The notes below the pieces were generated by a model that worked only from the letters and a program-made list of their open reading frames with translations, was not told where the DNA came from and did not search any database. DNA of 42,583 nucleotides from Bipalium vagum (lineage: Eukaryota), in contig JBBMKC010251340.1 of NCBI GenBank assembly GCA_037834085.1, positions 1-42,583 of the forward strand, in the 5' to 3' direction. The translations under genes and the position numbers were made by a program. Shown here in pieces: positions 13,566 to 24,127 of the stretch (positions are counted from its first letter, which is position 1; each line of letters starts with the position of its first letter).

Positions 13566-13865
13566 ATTATGTTCGTGAGACATCCATTTGTCTATTTTTT
13601 ATTTCCAATTGTTTTCAGATTACAAGAAACAGTCAGTATACTTATTTTTAGGTCTTTTGAAGCTACTCAAACTATTATTTGCGTATTATATTTCACTAAT
13701 TTCTTCAATTGATCATCATCCACATCATACTCGGGTCTCATACCACCTAAGAATTTTTTTTAACAATCAACGATTTTTGCATTCCGATACTAAACCTTTT
13801 CCCATCCTTTTTTGATCACCGCGTCTCAAATCTTGAACCATAATGATGTGAATTTCATAGTCCAT
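13566..13865 (-). mobile_element. Mariner (cecropia-like) transposase N-terminal relic
   Basis: MDYEIHIIMVQDLRRG...KKFLGGMRPEYDVDDDQLKKLVKYNTQIIV*VASKDLKISILTVSCNLKTIGNK, then DKWMSHE (WVPHEL motif) after a frameshift. Confidence 0.75.
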
Positions 13866-14466
13866 AATTACTTAACTTCAGCTCATGAGATTCACAAAAT
13901 CCAAAAAGTACAAATAAGCAATTATAATTATATTACAGAGAAATTTTAAATCTCTCATTTAATATATTTATTTCAAACAATTTTCCTCACAAACAAAGCA
14001 TTCAAAAATAAATTAAAAAAATCAATAATTTCAAATGTAACAACCTAATTATATTATTATTTATTGGTAATATTTTTCTCAAAGAACGGAAAAAGTTTTT
14101 CAAATAATGTTAATAATAATATAGAAAATTGATTAAATTTTTAATATATTTCAAGAATGACATACAGATTAAAGGTAGGACAATGATTATATATAACCAT
14201 TTAGGATCAATGGAAAACTTGTGAAATAATTTTCACAGAATAAGAAAATTTCCACATGGATTAACATTAATAAATAAAATTTTCGAATTAATTTATTTTA
14301 TGAAATGTATTAAAAAATATAATGATAATATTAATAAAGCAAAATTATTATTGAATATTTATCTGATTATGTACAATATATAACATAACTTGAGAAAATT
14401 AATAAGAACTTAGGAGTGGTGAAATATTTAATGATAAATTGTGAGATTTTTTTGAAATATTATGTA

Positions 14467-15165
14467 TTAAGGGTATGCATAAGTTCACATCGCTGATGTA
14501 TATGTGGAATTTAAGTAATATTAATAATAATAAAAGATCTAAAAATTTTTATTTTGTTTAAGTAAATCAATATCGATTATATTTATAGCTTTTTTTTATA
14601 ATTAATATAAGTTTACCAATACATTTACAGAAATTATAATGGAAGTAGACAAAATGCAAATGCCCCAATGTATGTTGTTTGAGCAAAACATCTGTCGAAG
14701 CAACTCGGATTATATACATTACATATGGAGATGGAGCAGTAGCAGAGAGCTCATGTGGTCAATGATTTCGACGCTTCATAAGCCGTGATTTTGTTTTGAA
14801 CGATAAAGAACGTATTGGGCGGCCACATGAGATGAGTTAGAATTATTTGGAAGCACTTTTGAAAAAGGATTCTATTCAATCGAATGTAGAATTGGCAAGA
14901 AGTTTACATCAATTAGAAATAGTCATAAAGAAGGAAAATAGGTTCCCCATGATTTGAGAACATTACCAACTGACTCATCACATGTCTTTAGCTTAACAAT
15001 AGACACAAACAAAAGCCTTTCTTTCATCGAATTGTGACTTATATTCAAATTCCAATTTCAAGAGATCATGGATAAATCCTGGAGAAACAAAAACATATTA
15101 CAGCCGAAACGAAATATTCATGATCACAAAGCTCTTCTTTGTATCTCGTGGGACATGACGGATAT
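14467..15165 (+). mobile_element. 3'-truncated mariner (mauritiana/Mos1-like) relic
   Basis: TIR-like TTAAGGGTATGCATAAGTTC after TA. ATG at 14639 begins MEVDKMQMPQCMLFE. Downstream peptides: TYGDGAVAESSCGQ*FRRFISRDFVLNDKERIGRP; KEGK*VPHDL; FFHRIVT; PKRNIHDHKALLCISWD. Confidence 0.85.
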
Positions 15166-15181
15166 AATACATATCTATAAA

Positions 15182-15454
15182 TTGGATTGGTGAAAAATTC
15201 CGCTTTTATTTTTGACTCATAAAATCAAGAAAATTCCAAGAATTACTAATTGAACGTTGTTTAAATAATATTTATTAATTTTGCGGTAATTTAGCTGTAC
15301 AATATAATTTTTTTTTATTACTTTTATTTTCAGAATGAAAAATTCAAACTGGAGATGAAAAACAGTATCTCAACATATCTTATTTTTTTATTCAATGGCT
15401 AAATGCGACAGAAGAGCGGCGTGAGCTATGCAGTGTATATGGTGACTCACCCAA
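15182..15454 (+). mobile_element. Short mariner (mellifera-like) 5' relic
   Basis: TIR-like TTGGATTGGTGAAAAATTCCGCTTTT. Peptides QHILFFLF and NATEERRELCSVYGD resemble RHILLFYF.KG.NA..A..EIC.VYG. The relic ends abruptly in CACCCAA-TA. Confidence 0.6.
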
Positions 15455-18400
15455 TATCTTATATTTTTCATATATACACGTAATTGATTTTAGGAATCAA
15501 TAAATAAAAACGAAACGTTTTCTTGAACTCAGAATGATTCACTTTATCTTATGAGAATTTGATCCTCAGTCAGTAGTAATATTTAGATCAAAGATTTTGT
15601 ATGGGGGATTACTATATGAAATTAGTATCCAATCACAATGGATAAATTTGAGTTTGAGATATTGATGATAATAATTTGAATATATTAAAAGTGAATATTA
15701 AAATGGATATTTCACATAAAAATCTTTTTTCAAAACTTTCTTATCTTTCTTTCCAGAAAGTATTGAAGAAATTTCAAGGTGAAAATTTTGATTACTTCAT
15801 GGCGTTAGAAAATTTAAAACATGTATCATTTATTATTTTTAATTATTATTCTTCCCTGTGATATTTAAAGTTAACAGAATGAAAATTAGATTCAATAATT
15901 TATCTTTTTAAACGAATAGAATAAATCAAAATTGAAAAATCCCCGATCAATAGTAGTGCTGTATATTTCTTCAAAACAAATTTCCCCATATTTTTCGGCA
16001 AGATGGGGAAGAGAGAGAATTTCCTTAGACCTAATATGAATTCCTGTCTAATTAATTTAATTCCATTATCACTCTAATTAGATTAGACATTTGTATTTTG
16101 ATATTTCAGTATTTTTTGTTTAAATTCAGTTAAGATTCTATCTACTTCAAAGTATTTAAGAAACCCAAAATTCAAATAGATCTTAATATCAAAACTGCTA
16201 CGTTTTCCTTTTGAGAAATATTGAAGTCAGACTGTCAAAAGGCCAAATGAAATTGGTATTTTGATTTTTTGACGTTTAGAATGATTTCTACTTGGATTGA
16301 GGATCATGATCTCCGATTTAATTTCCTTCTTTTAGAAAATATTTATCTTCTAGAAATGTTTACAATATTTTAATTTATATAATAATAATATAATAATATA
16401 ATAATTTAAATTAATTATTTAAAGTAGGTAGAAGTTATCAATGTTTCTATTTTTAGTGATTGTTTAAACCGATGTGTTTGGCGTTATTTCAAAAATGGAA
16501 AAAAATATTATAGCGCAATAATCGAATAAAAAAATGTATTCAAAAAAATTTAATTTTTGTATAACATTAGGAATAGTTTAGTTAGAGTTTGTTAATAACC
16601 TTTTATCATCTTCTTTCCAAAAAGTTTTCAGTTGATATTACCAAATTAAAATTATTAATAATAAAAAAATTATTATTAGTCCATCACTTTAAATGAAACT
16701 AAGAGCTTCATCGTTAAACCACGTGACTTTAACATTTATCTATTGTTTAATAAATTAAAGAAAAAACAATGTAAAAATCTGAAAAATATTAAACTTTTGG
16801 AAAGGACTTTTGTTAATTTACATCTTGACGAGGTTAATTTTATAAGCTGATTTAAGAAAATTAATAATAATGTTAATAATATTTTCTTTCACTTTCAAAT
16901 TGTTCAATGAACCATGGTAAAGGGAATGAGTTCAAAGTTTTTATATTTCAATTTTTTTTAATTTTATTTATATTTTATAGGTTTCTTGATGTGACCAATT
17001 AGTAAACTTATTCTACTCTCTTCAGCTGAGCGGACGAAATTTTTTTGTTGAGAATGAAAAATTCTCTTTCCAGCTTACATATTTTACAAATAAACAAATG
17101 CATACAGAGAATTTATTTTCAATTCATAAATGACAAAGAGAGATAATTAAAGAAATTTTTTTAAAAGTTCAAATAAATAATAAATATCACAGTGGGATTT
17201 TTTTACTTAATTTTATTTTTTGTACAAATTTTAAAATACCTCATTAAAACAACAAATATATATCTCATATCATATTACAGAAGCTTGGATAATAATATAT
17301 TATTTATCATCAATCAATAATATTGATTTGAGAAAAAACTTTTCCTGAAAAATAATAATATCAACAATTATTATGGTTTGGGCTTACATAAACGATGACC
17401 AAATAGATATACTATATTCTCAGTAGAATTAAATTATTTTTTTTGCTTTGCATAAATAGGTCATTTATTGGCACTGCATTTAAACAAATAATACAATGAG
17501 CTATAATAAAAGCGTTTTTCACAGAAAAGAATTTCCTGAATAACATGAAAATGTGAAATAATTTTATTTAATTAATTTTAAAATTTTACATAATTAACCT
17601 TTTAAGCAAATTATTTAAATAGAATAAAAATCTTTTTGTTTATATTATTTGGAAATTCTTTTTTAAATACAATTTTTTATACAATTCTTTTAAGTATAAT
17701 GATCAACAATTTTCTAATGAACAAATGCATAAATTTAATAAATAAATAAATATTTATTTTTAAAAATATTTAATTATAAAATAATTATTAATAAATATAA
17801 AATTAATAAATATCGACAAATTAATTATTTGATCAATATACATAAAAGAGAAAATATTTTTTTCGAATATATTAGTTCGTTTCTAAATACTGTAATATGA
17901 GTCTTCATTTTAATTTAGGGAATCCATGTAATAAAAAAATATTTTATATTATATTTAATATTTTCTGAATGCCAAACGTTTTTTTATAACAAAAAATTCT
18001 CCTCCCTAATCATTTTAAAATGTTGTCTTATTTATTTATTAAAATATTTAATTATACAATAATTGTTAATAAGCATAAAAATTATTAATTACTCAAATCA
18101 AAGAAGTTAATTATTTGTTAAAACTAATTACATAATTTATATTTCTGTTTTTTTAAATTACTTATTTAATTGACTTTTTAGCAATCGATTAAAACAAAGT
18201 TACGATTAAATTATTAACGAACAGAAAAAAGTTCATTTGCAAATCAAATATTAATAAAAAAATTTCTGCAGTAAATTTATTAATAAATTTTTCATTATTG
18301 AAAAAAAATGTTAATAAAAATAATATTGAAGAATTAATTTCTCGAAAATAAATCTAGTAGTTGAATATTTTCTGTAAAATAATGATTAAATTTTGCAATT

Positions 18401-18939
18401 TTGAAAAAAAATAATTATGCTGATATTTATTTTTAATTAAAAATAAACAAAAATAAATTGAGAACATTTTTTTTATTTTTCATTTTTAAAAACAAAGTAT
18501 TCCATCAAATATCAAATTAATATTCTTTCCTCATAACACATAAGACCATGACATGGTCTTTGAAATGACTTCATTAAGTATTAATTTATTAATTAATTAC
18601 ATTTTTAAAATTGAACTCTTCAATTTCACAATTTAATTGACAATGACATTTTTCTATGAATATTGATTATAATTTTTATTGTGACGTATCATTAGAATTA
18701 TATTAAAACATAAAATTTTAATTTTGCAATTTAAAAATGAAAAAAAATAAATGAAAAAAATAAAGAAAAAATTAAGTAATAGTCATAAATCAATAAAATA
18801 AAAAGAAAAGAATTTGTAAAAATAAAGGATTTCTTCAGAATTTTATTTTTAAGACAAAAACAAATCTACTTTTTTATAAGGGAGATCACTCATACTTTAT
18901 TTTATATTTAAATAATCGAACTGATAGTAGCAGAAAGGA

Positions 18940-19180
18940 ATAGTTTAACTATAAATTTCTGTAATCTTTCAGGTAGCATGTGGATACCGCCCAAAAAATT
19001 TTCTTATTAGACATCTTCGTAACACTTAAAGTGGTATTCAGCAAGCCCATGTGTCATCGACCAGAACACATAGAAATATGAAGGAACAAAATCTGGTGAA
19101 TAGGATGGGTTAGTAAGTACTTCCTATATTAGATCTTTTAACATAATTTTAACTAATTTTCGTTCATCCGTAGCAGAGAT
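18940..19180 (-). mobile_element. Mariner (mauritiana-like) transposase C-terminal relic
   Basis: EVLTNPSYSPDFVPSYFYVFWSMTHGLAEYHFKCYEDV**ENFLGGIHMLPERLQKFI aligns with Mos1-type EVLPH..YSPDLAPSDYHLF.SM.H.LAEQ.F..YE.V...GIH.LPERW.K. Confidence 0.85.
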
Positions 19181-19428
19181 GAGAAGTACGGAACTCGACC
19201 AATAGTATTGAATCAACTGAATGGTGTAATCGAGATTCTGGGGATGGGAGTCCTAACTAAATATATAGACCACATCAAAATCTGCCAGAAATTTACAAAA
19301 GCTAAAGGAACATTTCAAAGATTATTTTATAATTAGAAATAAAATTAGCGTTTTATAAATTCATTTTATATTAATGTTATACTGGCATTTAAAAAGGTCA
19401 ACTTGAAGCATAAATATAAATTTTATTA

Positions 19429-19498
19429 TTAGGTTGTCCAGTATGAAATGTAGTAGTAATGTAGATAAAAAAACGACATTTCATACTGGACAATCTAA
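19429..19498. mobile_element. 70-bp MADE1-like mariner MITE (two TIRs, 24-bp spacer)
   Basis: Arm 19429-19451 TTAGGTTGTCCAGTATGAAATGT pairs with arm 19476-19498 ACATTTCATACTGGACAATCTAA at 22/23. TA flanks both sides (19427-28, 19499-500). The right arm extends to AGTATGAAATGTCGTTT, as in the Mos1 TIR. Confidence 0.9.
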
Positions 19499-20002
19499 TA
19501 AATATTTTAAATTAATTACATTTTATTTACAAATATTTTTAAATAATTAAAAATAGAAAAACAGGAAAAAATATAATTTATATTTGATAATATACTTTAT
19601 AAATTATAAAAAAGGTTAAGTTCAAAACTTTGCCCAGATTTGTTTTACTATTTCAGTTTAATTATAATATAATACTAATTTTAGTCGATTTCAGTTAACG
19701 TTTATTTTAATTTATTTTCTAAATTTTATTCATAGACAAAACGATAAGATGTGATTGGAAAATAATATATATAGCACCGTCAATGAATTTTTGTTACAGC
19801 TTTTTATATTTTAAAACATTATTTAAGACCTTATTTGATATATTCATAACCTTGATAATTAAATTGAAATAATAAAACAAATCTGAGCAAAGAAATGAAC
19901 TTAACCAGAATTTTGTTAATGAATTTCAAATGAGCAGAGTTTTTGTTTATTCTTCCGATAAATCATGAATAAATTAAAGACAAAAATATAAAATTATCGA
20001 TA

Positions 20003-20008
20003 TTTATT
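20003..20008 (-). promoter_or_regulatory. Candidate polyadenylation signal for SNW1
   Basis: AATAAA lies 22 nt after the stop on the minus strand, and a second AATAAA overlaps the TAA stop (20030-20035). This is weak evidence in such AT-rich DNA. Confidence 0.35.
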
Positions 20009-20030
20009 AAAACTTAAATATAGAGAAGTT

Positions 20031-21464
20031 TTATTTCTTTTTCTTAGAGGCTGAAACTTCTGCCTGATTGTTATCTTCCATTGTTCTTTTGGAACCCCTG
20101 ATTTCTTTCAGAAACATATCAATTTGAAACGGATCGTCTTTCTCAAACGAAACAGGCGCGTCTCGAGCCTCTTTTTCTGATAAAAATTTATTGTCTTTTT
20201 TATAGACATCAACATCAGCTAAAGCACCAGGGTCGGCTTGACGAGGAGCCTTATAAACGGATTTGTTCTGATTAAACAGAGGTTTGTCATAAATATTGTA
20301 CAAATCGTCGGCACCACCAGAATATCCCGAATCCAGACCACCAGTCTTGTCCATAAGACGACGATCATACACATTGTCATCCTTCAATCGATTAAGGTAT
20401 GGATTTGCCTGACCGAGAGCAATTTGTTCAGATATATCTCTGTTTTCGAAAGCTTTTCTTCTCACATCAGCACCAGTTTTGTTCATATTTCTTTCACGAT
20501 TTCTCATACGCTGACGCTCATGACGAATTTCATCTCGTTCTTTCGCTTCAATTGAATCTTCTTCGACCTGCATATTTTGTTTTTCTCGTACTTTCAAAGC
20601 ATACTGTCGTAATTTGGCGTCATTCTTTTCCTTTTCTTTCTGGTTTATTTTCTGTTTCAATAAATTTCTTTGTGCGATTTCTTCTCTTGACTTTCTTTCT
20701 GCTATGAACAAAGCTTCAGAAAAACCGTTTATTCTTTCGTTTATTACAGTAATTTGATTATTTCTTCCATCTGCTGAGACTCTATTTGCTAGTGGAATTG
20801 TAAAACCACGAGGATTCTTCCAATTAGATATACACGGAGGAATACTCCACAGAGCCTTTTCACGCTTGGTTGGTGGTCTCGGTGGAGAAGATAAAATTGC
20901 AGGCGGAGGTGACGGTGGACCTCTTGGAATTTTTTTGTTTATCTGAAATTTCGGTGGTTCCATAGGATCAACTTGTACCTCCACCATTTTAATTATACGT
21001 TGATGATTTCCATTATTAAACAAAGGACCTCTCTGAGCTGGTGTGTATAATACAAAGTCCGAATTTGGTTTAATTTGAGACTTTTTAACAACTTTTGAAT
21101 CATAAATTTGCTTTTCTAGTTGATTATTGAAAGCTTGTGAGACTGCTTTGATACGTTCAGCTTTTTTGTCATCGTTTGCTTTCATTTTACTCGTCATTTC
21201 TTTTTCTTTGGCATCTTCAGGTCTGCCAAAGATGATTCGGTCTTTATCATGACCTTGTCTTAAAATCATATCAGTTTTGGCATTGCTGTCATAATTATTA
21301 TGAATAATTAAGGCATTAGATTCCTCTGATTCCAAACCCATCTCAAGTGGATACTGGGGAATGTGAATTTCAGGAAAGGCACCTCCATCACCAAAGTCTT
21401 CCAATGTTCTCGGAATCCAATCTTTACGCTGACCATATACAGGACAATTTATCATAAAAGCCAT
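20031..21464 (-). CDS. SNW1: SNW domain-containing protein 1 (SKIP/Prp45/Bx42), spliceosome component and transcription cofactor; single exon, 477 aa
   Basis: Uninterrupted ORF, clearly GC-richer than its flanks. It carries the family hallmarks WIPR..EDFGDGGAFPEIH..QYPL.MG, DPMEPPKF..NKKIPRGPPSPP, W.IPPCISNWKN..G.TIPL, RDISEQIALG, YD.RL.....G.DSG, YN.YDKP and PV.FE..DPF..D.FL, plus a basic C-terminal KKKK. Confidence 0.98.
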   Translation of the reverse strand: MAFMINCPVYGQRKDWIPRTLEDFGDGGAFPEIHIPQYPLEMGLESEESNALIIHNNYDSNAKTDMILRQGHDKDRIIFGRPEDAKEKEMTSKMKANDDKKAERIKAVSQAFNNQLEKQIYDSKVVKKSQIKPNSDFVLYTPAQRGPLFNNGNHQRIIKMVEVQVDPMEPPKFQINKKIPRGPPSPPPAILSSPPRPPTKREKALWSIPPCISNWKNPRGFTIPLANRVSADGRNNQITVINERINGFSEALFIAERKSREEIAQRNLLKQKINQKEKEKNDAKLRQYALKVREKQNMQVEEDSIEAKERDEIRHERQRMRNRERNMNKTGADVRRKAFENRDISEQIALGQANPYLNRLKDDNVYDRRLMDKTGGLDSGYSGGADDLYNIYDKPLFNQNKSVYKAPRQADPGALADVDVYKKDNKFLSEKEARDAPVSFEKDDPFQIDMFLKEIRGSKRTMEDNNQAEVSASKKKK

Positions 21465-22084
21465 TGATTTGAAATAAAAATAAATATTACTTAAACTAAT
21501 TTTCTAATTATTTTCTATATTAATTAATTAATTAAAATTTCTTAAAAGTTTGATGATATTGTATTATAAATTTAATAAAAAATTAAAAAAATTTTAAATA
21601 AAAAATAATTTAGTTACTCTTAAAATGTTTATTCATGACATTTTGGTGAATTTTTAAATTTAAAGTAATTTTTTAAAGAAAAATTTAAAATTAAAATAAA
21701 TTTATTTAATACTTTATTTATATTTGATTAATTTAAAATATTTTCATATAAATTAAATTAACATTAGTTGTTTCATTTTTTCATATTTACTCAAAGATAT
21801 AAATTTTTAAATTTATTTAAGATATTAATTTATTATTAAATAAATAATTTTTTAAAAAATATTTTTAAAATTTTCATTTTTTTTATGATTTTATTCAAAT
21901 AAAATAAAATATTAACTTTTTAATTATTTTAAATTAATAAATTAATTGTTGAATAATTAAATTTAAAAATTAAAGCACTAATATATCTTATTACTTTTAA
22001 TATTTATAGGTAGTAAAATTAATATAATAAATAAATATAATTTCTTAAAGTTAATTTAATAGAAGCAATAAATGTAACAGAGGA

Positions 22085-22362
22085 ATCGTAGCTTAAACAT
22101 GCAGAACTACATGTTGATCATACCACAGCAGTCCGCAATTTAAAAGAAATAGGTAAGGTGAAAAAATTAGATTCATTGATACTGCATGGAATGACACACA
22201 AATTAAGTTATAAACGTTTAGAAGTCTCGCCGTCTCTTCTTTTGCACAATAAAATCGAACATTTCGTTGAACGTATCGTAACATGCGACAAAAATTGGCT
22301 TGTGTACGACAATAAGAATCAATCTAGTCAGTGGTTAGATCGTGACGAAGCTCAACGACACG
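22085..22362 (+). mobile_element. Internal mariner transposase fragment (cecropia/elegans-like)
   Basis: ELHVDHTTAVRNLKEIGKVKKLDSLILHGMT...SLLLHNKIEHFVERIVTCDKNWLVYDNKNQSSQWLDRDEA covers a degenerate WVPHEL motif and the IVTCDEKW first-Asp motif. Confidence 0.85.
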
Positions 22363-24024
22363 AATATTACAGTTGACAGTAACTCGAATCAACGCGAATT
22401 TCCTGGGGAACTCATTGAATTATTTAATTATACCCATATTGAATCCGACGAACGTTTTGATTGGTTTAATTAAATAGATTTTGGTACTGTTTATTTTATT
22501 AACCATTGTGTGAGAGGTTATGCCCAGTTATTTTATTTATGTATTGTGATAATATAACCCCCACCTCATATGTAGTCCTATCCTTTCAGTTTTCTGAAAT
22601 ATAACATTTTTTATCTGTATAATCCGCGGATTACCTTTGAGACTTTAGGATAATAATATAATATTCATTGAAAAAATAACCATAAACAAAATCAACCGTT
22701 CATATCTAAACATCTCAAGATTAGTGAAAATAAAACTTTTACTTATTAAAATAATAGAAAAATAAAGAACCTTTCACATTCCAAAAATATGACAAAAACG
22801 GTGATAAAAATTATTTTTTACGGACATTGTTATTGTTTTCTATTACGCTTATCATCTTTATATAATTAATTGGTCCAATAATTATATTGGCCATATAGCG
22901 ACTTATTTATAAAAGTTCACTTCATTTGTTGAAGCACTTAATAATTGTTCTCCACCGTCGTTTCTATATTAAAAACACTTATCACAAAATATATATATAT
23001 TACTATTATAAGACAATATGAACATTTTGATCCGGAATCGGACAGATCATCTTAAGGCCAAGATCAATAAGTGGAATTTGGTACATTATTTTTATAAAAA
23101 TTTTGTTTTTACTAAATAATATCAATTTAAAAATAGCCTCCAAACAGTCGGTAGAGAATTTTGAAGTCATTCATGCGTATTAAATCATCTGATCCGTGCT
23201 AATTAAGCAACATTTAATCGGTATAAAGGTTAAAGCACTTTCAGCAAAAGAGAATTTTATGGATTATTTTTTTTAAAGAAATCACGAAAATGTATTAATA
23301 TTTTTATTTTGTTTTAAAATTATCCATGGAAAAAATCCACTGGAGAAAAACAAAAAAAAATTAATCATTTTTTCACAAAACAATTAATCGGAAAATGGGC
23401 GAAACTTTTTTTTAAAAAAATCATTAATTATAAATTCATTGTTGTTATTGATTAATTTATTCAATAATTTTGGAAATAAATCCTAATTGAAACAAAAATA
23501 CTTTTGATAATAAATCAAATTAATTTTGGAAAAGAAATTAAATATTCTTTTTTCTTAATTTATCCGCAAAAATGTCAATTATGTCCAAAGTAAAATTGGT
23601 GGAAAGGCAAACGATGAACCAATCCAATCTCCTTAATTATTATAATAATAATTTTTTGTTTAAATTAACTGACAAAAAAGAAATCTGACGAGAGATTTGA
23701 ATTTGAATAAATTATGAGAAAGAAATGTCAAAAGAGGGTCGTCGACAGAAAATGTAAATGGAAATAAATCTTATCCATTTCGACTGATCATGGCCGTTTG
23801 ACCGCGCAGACCGGACACTGGAATAAGTCGATTTCGTCGTTGACTAATGAAGTAAAAATTGGTGTGACAATTATTATTAATACTCGCACAGATCAAACAT
23901 TGAGATAAGCAGAAAAACCATTTCACATAGAAATAACTATCGGTAAAAATGAATTAGTTCCATTTAAGACATTTTCTAATTGGCTTTCACGAATTAACTC
24001 AGTAACATCTCTGAACAATAAAAA

Positions 24025-24127
24025 GAACAAGAACAACAATAACAATAATAAATAATAATAAAAATAATTGTAATAATAATACAAATAAAAAAAAAATAAT
24101 AATAATAATAATAATAATTAATAATAA
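24025..24127. repeat. (AAT/AAC)n low-complexity microsatellite tract
   Basis: Runs of AAC and AAT trimers are seen directly. Confidence 0.8.

Noticed and set aside
16045-16089. Imperfect inverted repeat TGTCTAATTAATT/AATTAGATTAGACA
   Set aside because: Mostly AT with an indel, so plausible by chance.
16917-17025. Two plus-strand intron-like segments (64 nt and 24 nt)
   Set aside because: No frame stays open across both junctions, and the downstream peptide resembles a mariner HTH remnant.
20238-20707. Plus-strand ORFs of 105 and 102 aa
   Set aside because: Antisense shadows of the SNW1 coding sequence.
23665-24010. Minus frame of over 110 codons interrupted only by four TGA codons (TGA recoding or selenoprotein idea)
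   Set aside because: All three SNW1 Trp codons are TGG, I recognised no SECIS, and the read-through product resembles no known selenoprotein.
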